Source: Fistulifera solaris (lineage: Eukaryota). Taken from it: a DNA stretch of 64,000 nt. The DNA lies in assembly GCA_030295235.1 (NCBI GenBank), contig AP026173.1, positions 1 to 64,000 on the forward strand, given 5' to 3'. The translations under genes and the position numbers were made by a program. Numbering within the stretch: the stretch's first letter is position 1; every line of letters begins with the position of its first letter. Of this stretch, positions 9,281 through 23,400 are shown one piece after another. The notes beneath the pieces are model-generated. The model ran no database searches and was not told the DNA's origin. It saw nothing but the letters and a program-made list of their open reading frames with translations.

Positions 9281-11866
9281 TTACTTTCCCTGTACGGCTG
9301 CGACCGGATTCTTAATTGAATTTATAACTTCTTGCTCTTCTGCAGTCAGCGAAAAATCATCGTCGACGGATATCATGCACTCCTCATCCGGTGATCCATC
9401 TTCGTTGAGACAAGGTCGGAACAGGTAGCTTGCCGCTTTACCAAAATTGTGCACTTCCAAAGGATCACGACCGCTACCATCGTCAAGAAGCTTTACGCAT
9501 TTCGACTTGACATCGAAAATGATCGGAAGACCGTTCGGAATTTCTAGCTCAACAATCTTATCCTCCGGTATATCACAAAGATGCATCAACAAGCCCCGAA
9601 TAGCATTCTCGCTACTGGAAATTAAAACACGCTTTCCCTGGTCAACTGCTTGCGGCACGATGCACTCCGTGAAAAAGGGTATTGTCCGGTCCATGCAATC
9701 TTTCAGCGATTCCGATTTGGGAAGTTTGCGAGCAAGTGTCGGTCTTCCCTTCTCAATACTTCGGATGAGGGACTCGCGCACAGAATATCGCAGATCAGAC
9801 AAGTATTTCGAATAGCGAGGGTCGTTGCCAGGATAATGAGGAGAAAACGAAGAGACCTTTGGCGGTGGTGTTTTATAGCCTCGTCGCCATGCTTTGAACT
9901 GCGTTTCGCCATGACGCTGCTTTACCATTTGTTTCGAAAGTCCGGTGAGCTCTCCATACATTCGCTCATTCAGTCGCCAAGTTTTAATGATAGGGAGCCA
10001 TAAACAATCCATTTCCGAAAGCACATGCCACGCCGTTTCGATCGCTCGTGAAAGCCACGAAGTATAAACCACATCGAATTCAAATCCGTACTTTTTTAGC
10101 AGCCGACCAGCGTCTTTGGCTTCTTCGATTCCGTCTTGGGCAAGTCTATGCGGCAAATTGTGAGTTCAGTCGGATCCACGAACAAACGCACAACCGCATA
10201 CTTACGCGACATCGTCCCATCCCGTGAATAGTCCGAGCAAGTTGTGACCCGTCTTGCCATGTCGAATGATAACAATAACTGGATCGCGTCGAACGGGCGT
10301 CTTTCCCATTCCGGGCACCAACACTTGGCTGGGCACCGAAGTCACGCACGGCTTACTCGAGATAACGTATGGAGAAACAGGCGATTCGTCGTCGTCATCA
10401 TCATCACCTTGCGAAAATTCCATACTACCATCATCTTTGAACGTGGGAAGGTCTGGGTCAAATTGGTCTCCGCGCTCCAATGCCTGCAATCCGTCTGACC
10501 AGATTTGATCTTCGATAAATTGCATAGGCTTTCCGTTGTTGCCGTCACTCCCATCGTCTTCGGGAGCTGCGTTTGGATCAATAAACTGCCCTGCCCACTC
10601 ACCTAGCTCTCGCTCTGCACGCAACTTCAACAGACTTCGCTCGAGAGACGTCAAAGGTACCGACATTTGGCTTGAGCTCAGCGCCAGTGTATTGTTGTAT
10701 CCAGGGACTTGATTCGCCCACTCCTCTTCACGTTTGAGAGCTTCTTTCAGCAATCCGGGTTTTTCCAGAAATAAACCCTTCATATGCACTTGACTCACGG
10801 TCGACTTTTCGGCGGAAGGAGGAATTGGCTTTAAATCACGATCGAATTTGTAAATGATGGGAATGCCGGTCGGAATCGAAACCATTTGAATATCTTCATC
10901 CGAAATCCCATCAATTGTCTTTACTAAACCACGCAAGGTGTTTGCGTGTCCCACTACCATGACATTTCGCCCATGGCGCAATTCGTACTTGATTTTATCT
11001 TCCCAGACAGGCGCCGTTCGCTCCATACAATCCAAAAGCGATTCGGTCATGGGAATTTGCTCCAGCGACAAATCCGCATATTTCCGATCACGACCGGGCC
11101 AATACTCGTCGTTGGGTGTCAACGGAGGAGGTCGTGTACGCAAGGATCCTCGCCATTCTTGTACTAGATCTGCACCCAACCGTTCCGCCGTCTCGAATTT
11201 GCACAATCCAGTCAATGCTCCGTACATGCGTTCATTCAATCGCCACGTTTTAAAAACCGGCTTGTAGATTTGTTCCATTTCTTGTAGCATGATCCACGAC
11301 GACATGATTGCCCGTTTGAGTCGGGAAGTAAAGACAATATCGATTTCGTATCCACCTTCTAGTAATAAACGCGCCGCATGTTCGACTTCCCGACGACCTC
11401 GCTCTGACAGACCCGGATCAGCCCATCCAGTGAACGTAGCATTCGCATTCCACAGTGATTCTCCGTGACGAACGAGTATTAGTGTTCCCGGCTCGACTCT
11501 CGGTTTCGGAAAGATAACATTGTTGATGCTTTTTAGGACTGTAATCATTTTGGAAGATTCGCTGCGCATCGAGTTGTATCCGTCATCGTCGTCTAATTCC
11601 AAGGGCCGACGACCGAACAACTTTCTTAGTAGTTTCCCTTTCTCTTGCAGACTGTTTTGATAATTGCCTGACATCGACATGGAGTATCCGTTGGAAATAG
11701 GTCGAGAAAGATCGTCGCTTGCATTGCTTCGACTTTCTGTGTCTGTCGAAGCTTGACGCGCAACAGCGCGTGTTCGAGCGACCCCAAAGGGTCTTTGAAA
11801 GGCTACAGTGCCATATTTGCCCGTTGAGAGTACCAAGATACAGAAAATATCAATATAATGCCGCAT
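9281..11866 (-). CDS. PGAM: Cofactor-dependent phosphoglycerate mutase with two tandem dPGM domains, probably plastid-targeted; intron 10146-10205
   Basis: LILVRHGES..FTGW and IIRHGKT..FTGW; WRLNERMYG occurs twice. Splicing the GTAAG...AG intron restores DVALAQDGIEEA. Leader MRHYIDIFCILVLSTGKYGTVAF. Confidence 0.92.
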
Positions 11867-12286
11867 TTTGAAATAAAACAGTTTCTTCTTGATGATAAAG
11901 AAAACAGTGTTGTTGCGAGAACGAGAAGCGACGAGATCGAACGACATGGTGAGAAAAAAACGTCGCGGACGTCGGCTTTCTCGAAACGCGACGAACACGT
12001 TCGTTGCTTACGTCTTACGTCACAAGTAGAAATCATCGCACAGAAGATCCAGAAACACTCAAACTACACTTTTCCTCACAGTCGCACCAGATGGTCGGTT
12101 CGTTGTAGGTTCATCAGTGCGACATTTCCGCTTGACACCTTTTGATTGCGTCAAGTCAAACAGTCACGAATCATCTCGAAAACCCATCACTTTTGCAAAC
12201 AACACTTTCTCGCATCATCACTTTGTATCCCTATTATCCTTCAACCTCACTCTTTATCATACTTTACCCTTACAAAAGAAGAAAAT

Positions 12287-14756
12287 ATGAGAGGGTTTTG
12301 CTATGTGTGTTTTCTTTTCATGCTTTTCTGGCGTGTGCACGTCAACGGATGGACAATGCCGTCGACGACGTTCGTTTTCAGTGCTTCGCAGCGACAACAT
12401 TCTTTATGCGTATCTTCGCAAAAGATTCTAGCACTGTCGCCAGCAACAACAATAGTACACAAGAGAGCACGGCTGTGGAAACTTTAAATGATTGGGAATC
12501 GGTTGCGTCGGGTTCTTTCGGTAATCTGTTATTGCAGATGCAAAGAAGAGGTGATTTTCAAGGGGATGTGGTGGATCTGGACCGTCCTGCTATAAAAGCG
12601 AACGACACAACAAAAAGGGTACGTTACCAGAATCTGATTATGTTGAAGAAATACCTGTACTGGACTGGGAGACTGCGAAAGAACTGGATGGATCAGTCAA
12701 ATGGCTCGATGGCGCGGAGCAAATGCAGACACCGATCCAAGTGTTACCGATGAGTTCTCTTTATCGAAGTCATTACAAGACAGTCAAAGACATCCCGCTT
12801 TCCATTGCTGATACTCCTTCCGAAGGAGGACGTCTGAGTCGTGATATGCGTTTCTTGGCACTAAATATTTTAGCGAGTACCGAAACAGTCGAACAGTGGA
12901 AATTACTGGCTCGTGAAACAGACGGTCTGTTTCCTCTACTCGAAATCATTCGTCATGGAGCGATGGCCATTCAAAAGTATCGCCAGAACAAGCTGATTCT
13001 TCCACTGCTTACACATTGGAAAGTACGGAACAAGCGTATCGTGCAGCTTGCAGTGCGTGTCGTGTCATTCGAGACGTATCGGCGTTGTCGCCGGACTTGG
13101 CCGCCGTCATTACGGATACAACATTGCGTGCCAACGCCGCTTGGAAAGGAGGTCTTATGAGGGACTTCTCCGATATACTACAGCATGCCAATGAGTATAC
13201 AGATAATAAGTTTCGAAGAAATCAACGCGAGATCCGACTGCGATCCAAGCTCTACGTTTGTCAACTTTTGCTGGCGATGGTGGTATCTAGTGACAACGCG
13301 ATTGATGCGATACGATCTACGAATGGTCTTGCGGATGCTGTCCTGGGATGTTCATCATACGCTCGTAAAGAAAAGGCTAGACGCTGGGTTCGATATCCTG
13401 GTGAAATGGCAAAATGGTTGTGGCAACGAAAAGCACGCGGGCGTCGGACATTGCGAAGACCATTTCTAGAGGCAGCAACTCTTGGTAAAGATCTGAATGC
13501 AAACGTCAAACGAATAGCCAATCAAATATTAGCAGCTATTGGCTACAACCAGTGGACTCCAAAGACACCGGGTCAGCGCGGCCTTCGCATTCTCTCTTTG
13601 GATGGTGGTGGATCACGTGGGATGGTTGCCGTCACTGCGGTCCGAGATCTTATGGAAAAGATTGGAAACGGTGCAGAGGTCGCCGATTGCTTTGATATCG
13701 TGGCCGGCACGTCCACCGGTGGGATCATTGCGTTTCTCACCGCCATTCGACAAGAGACGTGTGCCGAGGCGGTGGAACGCTATAATCAACTCATCAAACA
13801 AATCTTCGTGAAATCGGCGCTGAGTACTCCACTCATGTTTTTTACTACAGCGAGTTACGATGAAGCTCATTTTATGAAAGTGCTAACGGATATTCTTCGA
13901 GATGAGATCATGTTGGATTCACGAGCAGATCCCACGGTCCCATTGGTGTTCTGCGTCACGTCCAAAATGTCCTCTACACCGACTCATGTGTCGTTGATGA
14001 GAAACTATAATTATGCGAATGGAGAATTAGCTGACTCTTTTGTTATCAATCCTGACAAAGCACGAGAAGAGTTGGGACTCGGACTTGAGTTGGAACACCC
14101 GATCATTCGAAATGCCGTTTATGCGCGTAAGCGCGTGTCTCTAAAGCGCCTGGAGCAGACACCACCACTGGCTCGCGATATCCAGGGTCGTTTCGTGTCC
14201 TACAACGTTTCGCGTTACGGGCATCCACTGCCGCACCGACAGTCTTCAAGCCGGTCATGATGGGAGGTGAGATATACGCGGACGGTGGAATCGTTTCAAG
14301 CAATCCTAGTGCAGTGGCAATCCATGAGGCCAGAACACTGTTCCCTGATATTCCGATTGAGCTTCTAGTGAGCGTCGGAACTGGCGCTTTCGTCGAACAG
14401 AAAAGTGCTCCTCGTATCGGCTGGGACGGGATAATAGGTCAAATAGTCAATAGCGCGTGTGATGGGGAGCAAACGCACCATATACTGGAAGATATCTTGG
14501 GCAATCCAGCAGCCGTAAGCCTAGGAAGTAAAACATCGTCCATGACTCGTTATTTTCGATTAAACCCGGTGCTGGGTTTACCCGATGAATTTCAATCGAC
14601 GTTACCGACCCAATCAAACTTGAAAAACTCAAGCGCATAACGCTGGATTACATGAACCAAGAAGAAAAACAGGTAGAAGAAATTCGCCGTATACTAGGCG
14701 GAGAACGGAAGCGACGACGAGGGTTTCTACGGAGGCTACTGCGAAAACGACAGTAG
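12287..14756 (+). CDS. Patatin-like phospholipase (iPLA2-gamma-like), several frameshifts
   Basis: LSLDGGGSRG, AGTSTGG, and DGG in EIYADGG; hydrophobic N-terminal leader. Spread over ORFs 12146-12487, 12142-12753, 12723-13160, 13016-14260 and 14257-14640. Confidence 0.88.
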
Positions 14757-14807
14757 CTCCCTACTTCAGAACTTCATAATAGTCCAAATGTCAATGCATA
14801 GAAACTT

Positions 14808-17205
14808 TTAATTGTCGCATAATTCCGGGAATTGCAAATGTTGTTGAACATCGGCTGCATAGCGACGACAAGCAGATACATCAGCAGTTATTGGAACCAC
14901 CATTGTGAGTGATATAATCAGTGAATTGTTGGTTCTCCCGTCCTTCTCGACAACAGCCACAATGGAAACTTCGGGACGAGCCGACACTACGGCATCAACT
15001 GTAACGAGACTTGTATCATGGGACGCAACTACCAAGCATTGACCAAGTTTAGGGTAGTGCGCAGAAACATAGCCACGATCTCTGTCGTTCTCAGCGTCAG
15101 CGAGCTCGTCTGCAATACTTTGTACAGTGCGCTCTTGCACATTTTTCAAATTGATAACGCTTCCACCATTTTCAGAGACTGAAACAGTAATGGGTTCTGA
15201 TGAAGTGTCTACCGCCGTATCAATCATCAGCCAGGGTACGTAGTGATGTCCCACGCATAGTTGCTTTTCTTTCGTTAGAGCCTTGGCAATTGCAGATATG
15301 AGGAGATGCACGTGCGTAATATCCTGATGAAAAAGCCGTCGCTCTTCATTGTCTTCTTTCGAATTAGTCAAGTAGCGACGAATGCCCTTAGCTGGTACCG
15401 ATATTCGACCGCGTGACAGTAGATGTCAAAGGGGGTTCCAAGCCGAGACCACTAGCGAAAGGACGGGCCCTTGTACCAAGTGCAAACAAACGGTTTGGCG
15501 TATTGCAAGAAAGACCGCGATACAAAAGCACCAAAAGGCTAAAATTTCTCGATGGACAAGAGACAACGATAAGTAAATCAAAAGTGGCAAAACGAGGATC
15601 AATGCCTCGGCTTGAAATGTTGGAGATGGACTAAGAACTTCTTTTGACGCTGATTTCTCGCTCAAGTCACTTAAGGACGTGATATCCGGCGACTCCGGGA
15701 CCGGGGGAATGAAATTGAGTTGTCGTCTGCGTGCCAGTATTCCCAATTCCCAAAATAGGACCGATGATCATTTCACGAATAGACTCGTTGGATAAAATTG
15801 TAGTAGCACTAGGCACTTTTGTTTGCTCAAAGTACTTCAGTAGTAGTTCTGGCATCGCGGATTGCTGCATAAGAACGACATTCGATAGGCTTTGGCTGAT
15901 ACCACCCATCAAGTCAAAAGATGCTATGCGCGTCCAACGACTCCCTGTATCGGTGGCCTCAATAATTCCAAAATTAATGATCAACTTTGCACGAACAGCT
16001 TTCGAGGTAGATTCAGGAGCAGCTTGCTCTGCCTCAGGACACGTAAAACTATACGCAATTATGGCTGGAGCGGACTTCCATTGCACAACTTGCCAATGCA
16101 CCACCACGGCGAACTCCCGAGACGCTACCGGCCAAACACCGCGAAACTGGTAGACATCCAAAAAGTATGAGGATTATAAACATGCAATCGTTTTGCATCA
16201 GAGAGAGTGGGTTCCATGCGCTTTCGACGCGACGGATCAATAGACGTGGAAAATAGTTGTGCTGGCGTAATGTTGCGAAATTCCGCAACCGTAAAAAATC
16301 ATACCATGGCCATCCGGATAGGTTCGAGATAGAGTTTCGTAAGAATGACCGCCTCTTAATCGTTTCTTTGGTTGTAGAATCGTCCAATTGTTAGTCTTGT
16401 CTTGTGCAGCTACCGAGAGATATTTCTCCATAGTTTGACGTAAACGATTCGTCAGTGCCTCTGGTACATTCAGCGAATACGGTCCTTCCTGTAAGACATC
16501 GTCCCAGTGAGCAATACGTCTACTTCCCGACCGTGGCGTTGCTCTATCCAAGCGAGATGGAGTACATACTTCGGGAGGAGGAGTCCGAGGTAAGGTCCTT
16601 GACAATGGTGATGATTGCCCACGACTCGCAGCTATGATCCGCTGCATCCAGTCGCTTCTTGCAGCGTCGCTCCGTGCGGCTAAATAATACTTTTCATTTC
16701 TAGATGACACGACCGTGAACATGAATAGATCATTCTTCACCGAAACCCCATTCTTGGAAACTGTACAATTCTCAAGCGACAAAGACCCCCGCGGTAAAAC
16801 ATCGTAGTCTAAGCTCTGCTCAGACGCCAAGCTATCAACTGATATTGTACGACTCCTAGCTGATACGTGTGAAGAAGGGGAGCGTTGTAAAGATGTGGGT
16901 GTTGCGTTTGCGGGGCGACTTTGAGAGGTCAAGAGATAATATGTCAAAAGCTTTTCCTCAGGCTGTATCACAAACCAGCGCGGTCGCCAACTTTGTTTGA
17001 ATACATCGCGGCGCTTCCACAACTCTCCTTGATAATGTTGATTCATTTCCGAAATAACACTGTAAATTTCAGCTGATGATTCACTTTCTTCGTCTTCTTC
17101 AAAATATTCTTCTAACTCGAATACGTCTCTGTGTTTTCGCTCCTCCGTCGGACACTTTATCCAGCCAAAAGTAACCGCCACAAAGGCTGCTGCGGGAATT
17201 ATCAA
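14808..17205 (-). CDS. PH domain + START lipid-binding domain + C-terminal 2-oxoacid-dehydrogenase-acyltransferase-like domain, frameshifted
   Basis: PH: GELWKRRDVFKQSWRPRWF...YYLAARSDAARSDW. START: VWPVASREF...VRA...FDLMGGI. C-terminal THVHLLISAIAKAL...NVQERTVQSIADEL. True start uncertain. Confidence 0.72.
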
Positions 17206-17642
17206 ACACAGCTTTTAACTTTGAATGAATAAGAAATGATGTGAAAATGCGATATTATAAGTAGTCGATTGAAAGCATCTTCGCATCAAATGAATGCTTG
17301 TTGTTGCTGTTGATTTTGATGTCTTCGCTCTTCGTTCGTTCGTTCGTTCGTTCGTTCGCTGTTTTTCGTCACGTTGGCGAAGGGGTCGTCCAATGCGTGT
17401 CGTACTGGATTTGCAACGACTCATGACTTGATCCAGTCGGGAAAAAACTTCGAAATATCTTTCGTCGAATATTTGGAAGACATACGAAGCTTTTTTTCGA
17501 AGTAAACAAAATCATTTCATTAACATATACACCTTGTATACGCATCATCGATTGAAAACAATGTAACTACGTAGAAGATCCTAATTAACATCTAAGATTC
17601 TTGCTTTGAGCGTCTCTCCTAACCCCTAACCTCTGTATTTCA

Positions 17643-18856
17643 TCACTGTTGTTTTTCGCCTATCACTTGACAGTACATCCTAATCTGATGTCTCCGCTCG
17701 GCGTCAACTAAAGATTCATCAATAGCGTACATGCCGTATCTGTTGCCACACCGTTCTCGGATATTCTTATTGGGCACAGAATTGCTTGCTTTCTTGTCCT
17801 CCATGTGGGACGCCAACCAACAAGAACATGCGTCGACTTGACAGTTGATACCGTTCTGTGTACAAGGACAATCGTGGGTACAGCATGGCTCTTCCGCTAC
17901 AATCGAGTGTAAAAGTAGCTCCAACTCTTCTCGACTTTTATTTTCTGTGGGCAATTTGTGGCGTTTGCGCAATTCCTCAATGACCTTGTGCACCGACAGA
18001 CGACGACTATGAGCTTTCTTACCGCCGCCACCCGGGGGCGGTATATAAACATGCAATTTGCGGCATGTACATCCGGTATGGCCCTCCATAGTGCGACTTG
18101 CCCGAATATTTTCCAATTCATTACGAACATGCAAGACATCAACTTGTGGAAAATCATCCGAGTACTCCTCTGTAACCGATTTCGAGCGTGCTCGGCGTTT
18201 GTGAACAGGCGCACTGGAGGAGTGGTGGACTTCATGCTCACCCGAGGCCAGAAGCACTTTCATTCGATTGTGCTCGGGGAGAGATCGAAACAAAAGATTG
18301 CTGACTCCACGTTTGTAGTCGAAAGGCCTTGTTTCCAGCGTCTCGGGTATTTTATCGCCACGATCTGGATAGCATTCCTTCCAGCGGCGCTGCAGTTTCT
18401 CAGCCTTGGCAGTTTCATAGTCTTCAATTTTCAGAGTTTGCGAGAAGCAAGCCTTCATCTCCATACCCAAAGGCCACCCACCGTCGCCAGGTACACCTTC
18501 GCCTAGACAGCGTTTGAATTCTCGTACGACAACTTGATTGAATGTTACACGTCTTTCCGAATATGCCGGTTTCTCTGTGACTGCTGGAGAAGCTGCGATA
18601 TGTTTGTTCTTCTTCTTATTCTTCTTTTCCGCTTATTCTTCTGGTTTCGTCTAGACTTGCTTGATTGCTGTTCTTCAAGTTTCGTGGCGGATGCGCCTGT
18701 AGAAGAAACATAATCGGAGTTTTTCGTCTCCTTAGACGGATGGTAATGAATGACATGAGGAGACGAAGGAGACGAGTCGTCGGTAGAAGAAGAAGCGGTT
18801 GATGAATCGTCATCAAACTTCCAAAGATAAGATTTCGAAGGCGGAGGCGGAGCCAT
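17643..18856 (-). CDS. Cysteine/serine-rich nuclear protein (CSRNP-like), frameshift at ~18545
   Basis: Ser-rich and basic N-terminus; IRASR...GCTCR, CCTHDCPCTQNGINCQVDACSC, CGNRYG. Confidence 0.75.
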
Positions 18857-19328
18857 ACGGCGTGGTCGCTGTAAATGTTGGTCGATGGGCTACCTTTGCA
18901 GGATGTTAATGATAAACAAAATGAAAAAGGATATCCTTTCGTATGACAGAAGTGGCATAAAAGAAGATGCCGAAAACACTCGTCCGCCCTTTTGCGATGA
19001 GTGGCAAAATAATTGTTTGACGTAGTCCCTTCGTACATTGTCTACTGATCTACTCTTGGCATCATAGTATTTCGAAAAGAACTTCGTCGGACGTCGGACT
19101 TCGAACCAACGACGGACGACGGACGATCAGTGAAACACAAAGCAAGGGGAACGATGAATAATGTAGTCTAGACCTTAGACTATGTCTAGACATGAATTTT
19201 CCCGAGCAGAAATGCTACATAGCCCTCAATCGTTTATTCGCAGTTCATACGCTGCATTAGCCTCACAACTAGTCAGTCCAAGCGGTCACCGAAAACATTG
19301 TCCCCAAGATATCGCTCAAATTCACTAG

Positions 19329-19368
19329 GCTAGACTAGACTAGACTAGACTAGACTAGACTAGACTAG
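19329..19368 (+). repeat. (CTAGA)n pentanucleotide microsatellite
   Basis: About 8 perfect units. Confidence 0.92.
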
Positions 19369-19436
19369 TTCGATTGGATGAGCCATAGTATTGGAATCGC
19401 TATTGTGTTTCTTCATTTTCGCCCGTCTAATCAATC

Positions 19437-20131
19437 GATAACTTTCCTACGGCGGTTACGTAAAATACGCGTAGACAAAGGAAGCGTTGTATCTTTCTAC
19501 TAATTCTTGTATCACAGATTAGTCTAGTTTTGATTACCGTCTAATTTCACGCATTAGCAATGTTGGGCAAAGTATGTTGATATTGGTGTCCGAGAAATGC
19601 GGATAACGGTGTGATCGAAATTACACAACATCCGGGTACCCCCTCTGTCGATAAATTTCCCCACGAGAGCTACGTGAAAATGAGTAGACATTCGAAGCGT
19701 TGGATTGTTCGTTCCGTCATCCTTTTGTCTTCAAATCGGTGGCGACTATTACTGACCGCTACGGTGCCCATACGTTGCGCAATATAAGGCTGACGTCTGT
19801 GCACCGTAAATCGAAAAAATTTGAATGATGGTGGAAAATGCAATCTCCGGGTACCCCTGCAGAGATAAATTTCCTACGGCGGTTACGTAAAATACGCGTA
19901 GACAAAGGAAGCGTTGTATCTTTCTACTAATTCTTGTATCACAGATTAGTCTAGTTTTGATTACTGTCTAATTTCACGCATTAGCAATGTTGGGCAAAGT
20001 ATGGTTGATATTGGTGTCCGAGAAATGCGGATAACGGTGTGATCGAAATTACTCAACATCCGGGTACCCCCTCTGTCGATAAATTTCCCTACGAGAGCTA
20101 TGTGAAATTGAGTAGACATTCGAAGCGTTGT
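19437..20131 (+). repeat. Direct duplication (~260 bp, offset 427 bp) with a ~214 bp sub-periodicity
   Basis: 19443-19702 is nearly identical to 19870-20131. The motif CCGGGTACCCC-N-GATAAATTTCC occurs at ~19632, ~19847 and ~20060. Confidence 0.9.
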
Positions 20132-20474
20132 ATTTTATTTAATTTCAACGAAAATGAAAGCTTTGATTGCCAAAACGAGATATCTGTCGTCCGCATCGGA
20201 TCATCATCACGACGGTTACACATTTTCGCCATACAGGCGTCAGTGACAATAAAGGTGTTAGTTTTCCCGTAAGTGGCGACTAAATTATATTTAGTCCCGC
20301 TTATTCTCCATTCGAAAAGGCGGGCAGCGCGCGTTCCAGTGGACGGCGTCGCTCGCATCTCAAACACAGCAACAATACAAGCGACTGCGAAATCTAGTCT
20401 ACCTGGTATTCTTGTGATTCCTTGCTGCTTTTCGATTTCACTGTATGCTTGAATAAAACGATACTATTTGTAGA

Positions 20475-23400
20475 ATGGAGTCGACGAATCACAATCCGAA
20501 AAAGCGCATGATTCAAGTCAAATTGGGAAATCAGGAGGCAAAGTCAATGCTTCCCAGTGAAGCGGCGGAGTACTTGCAGTCGGTGGCTAGTCTCGGAGCG
20601 AATGCAGGACGTGATTTACGTATTCAATTTGGTAACTTGATTCATGACAGCAGCAAGAGTTCGTTACCGAAAAAGCCGCCGGGTTTGCCTTGCACGGAGA
20701 AAGAAATGAAAGCACTAATGAGCATGTTTGTCGAGATCATGGGACTGCAAATGAACACGGAGCGACTCAATGAAACCAAGCCACCGCCGGTACTGAAAAA
20801 CAAAAACCGAAGTCATTTGTTTCAGTTTCCGGCTGATATTCCTCCTCCTCCCGGCGGATGGCCAGATGATTTGACCTGGCCGAATACGGAAACGTTGCCT
20901 CCTTTGTCAAACACGGTCGATGAGGACAACTCTTTGGAAGGTCTACCGGCGCTGGAAGATATACCGGCGGAAGATAAACAGGCGCCTCCGACACAGTATG
21001 TATCATCTCTGGAGGGGAGACGATGAAAAGGTTACAGGATCGAAAGGAATCGCTCCTTTCGAATGGGATGCGCTCGAACGTGTCGCCGTAGAAGAGGCGC
21101 TCGAACACGAAGAACGAACACGCAAGAACTTTCGAAGGAACAAGAAAGAAAGAGCTGTCGCGATTCCAAATAACGAAGCCGCTAAAAAGGTCGAAGAATT
21201 GAATCAGGCCGCGCTTCAAAAGGCGGAGCAGCTATTTCTTGCCAGAAAGAAAGCAATCGTTTCGTGGCGCACAGCAGTTATCGCCACCTTTCAACAAGTT
21301 TGTCAAAATTCCTCTGCATCTGTGTCGCTTTTGGAAGATATTTTGGAACACTCGCCCTTATTACAGGATTATGAGAAGGCGAATCCTTTGGAACCGCATC
21401 TGGAAGAATTACTTCCTTTGTTTGTGAAACATCGGCAGAAGGGACAGGCTGCACGATTGTGTCTGGCTCGGTTCATTCTCAGACTACGTCCTCTCCTCTT
21501 ATTGACACCTATTTCGACCATCGGAAGAAGCGTGCTTCATATTGCTTCATGGTGGGGTGAAAGTGAACTTGTCGATCGAATTTGCCATGTCAACAAGGAA
21601 TTGACTGAATACGTGCAGAAGGCTGGAGCGAAGAAGTCTGGGCGAGCCGCAAGCGACACTTTGTGGCCTCCTGATATGAAATTAAAAGTGACACTGAATG
21701 ATACTTGCCAAGAATCGGGATGGAACGCAGTTCACTATTCTGCTATATCGGGAAATCTGGTTGTGCTTGAAATCCTTTTACGTGCAGGCTGCAAAGTGGA
21801 TACTCCGACCAAATCTTCGCACACATGGTCAAAATCGACCGGAAACGGAATTACAGCCCGTGAGTTGGTGCAAGATGCTCTCTCGAAAGCCAACGACGTG
21901 GAGACACTGGGTACGGCGTGGCTTGAGCTTTCCAAAGAAGCACAAAAGTAATCAAAAGCTTTACATGGCTTTGTTGAGTAAAGCAATGATAAGACTCGAA
22001 GATGTTGCAAGAGGACTACTTGACAAAACAACTGTTGCCAAAGTTGAACGTGAAGTCGAGACGATTAAAAGGGAATGCGAGAAGGATGAAAGCATGGCAA
22101 AGAAAGACGATGTCTCCACAAACAATAGTACTTCTAATGATACGAGCAGCAAGTCGAGCATTCCCGGCGCTAAAATAGACGAGACTAACGAAATGGGTGC
22201 GGCTCCGAGTAAGCGAATTCGGAAGAAGAAAAAGAAGCCCCAAGATGAGCCGCAAGTAGTGGAAGACAGTAAACCACCCGAGATTCGATCGACGACTTCC
22301 TCGGTGGTGCCTCGGGAGGAACCCGGTAGTGACTGCCTTGTTGGGCATGGGTTTTCAACAAGAAGATGTCAAGGCTGCTATTAACGCTTGCGGTGGTCAT
22401 AGTCGTGCAACCGTTGACAATGCTGTCGCGTGGATTTTTGGTCAGCAAGAGAGCGCAGAAGAGATCCATCAGGTCTCGCGGCGTGAGACGGAGACTGAAG
22501 TGAAGGCGGAGGGGTCTTGGAGCTCCAAACAGCCTAAGAAGAAGGATACGAAACAGACAGCGAGCCTCAGCAGCAATGAAAAGCCGATTTTTCAAAAGAC
22601 GAGCAGCTTTCTCGAAATCGTGAATGGCCCAATCGAATGGCGGGTCTCCCGAGAGCGCCCGAGTCTAAGCCACCTAAGTCAACGAGGCCCGCAGTGCCTG
22701 TTAGTTCAGAGAAAGAGAAGCATTTGGAATTGCGAAAGTCTGCTCCGCCTTTGCAACGGGTTCGCGAAGAAGAGGTGCCTGACATGCAAGCTGCAAACAG
22801 CGGGACTGCTCAAGGATCGTCAACGGCTACGTCTTCCATTGAGCATCGCACAATTGAGATTTTTAATGACGATGCTACGGTTTCAACGCTCGGTAGCATT
22901 GCCACTCGATCTACGATTGTGCCACACAGCAACGCCCCGCCAGGATTTCAGGTTCCACCCACTATGTACGAAGAGCCGGTTTCCTCGAACTGGAATCATA
23001 ATAATGCGTTCGGAACTAGTTTTGGTGCGCCTCCTGGTCCGCCGGCCATTTCGGAATCGATGGCAATGCAAGGCCTCGGTACACCCAAGTCCCCTGCGAC
23101 AATTGGGCATCCAACCGTACAAATGAACCCTATCGGGCATCAGTCTTCACTGGATCCCCATCAACATCATCAGCTGTTTGGAGGGTATAATCCCCATAAC
23201 GTGGTAGGCTCTGGTAATATGAATCGACACGTTTCTCACTTCGGAGCTGGACATCGTGTCGATCCTATGCCGCATTTCCCCACTTTTCACGAGCCCCATC
23301 AGCATCATCAATACGGCGCGAGTCTTTCAGCTCAACATGCGTTCTTAGGAAGCAGCAACAACTTTAGGAGCGATAACGAAAGACTCGGTTCGTCGTTGTT

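Noticed and set aside
9237..9281. TPP riboswitch next to the THI5-like gene
   Set aside because: No CTGAGA aptamer core seen in the short 3' gap or in the upstream region.
17619..17631. Interstitial telomere-like CTAACCCCTAACC
   Set aside because: Two imperfect units; compatible with chance.
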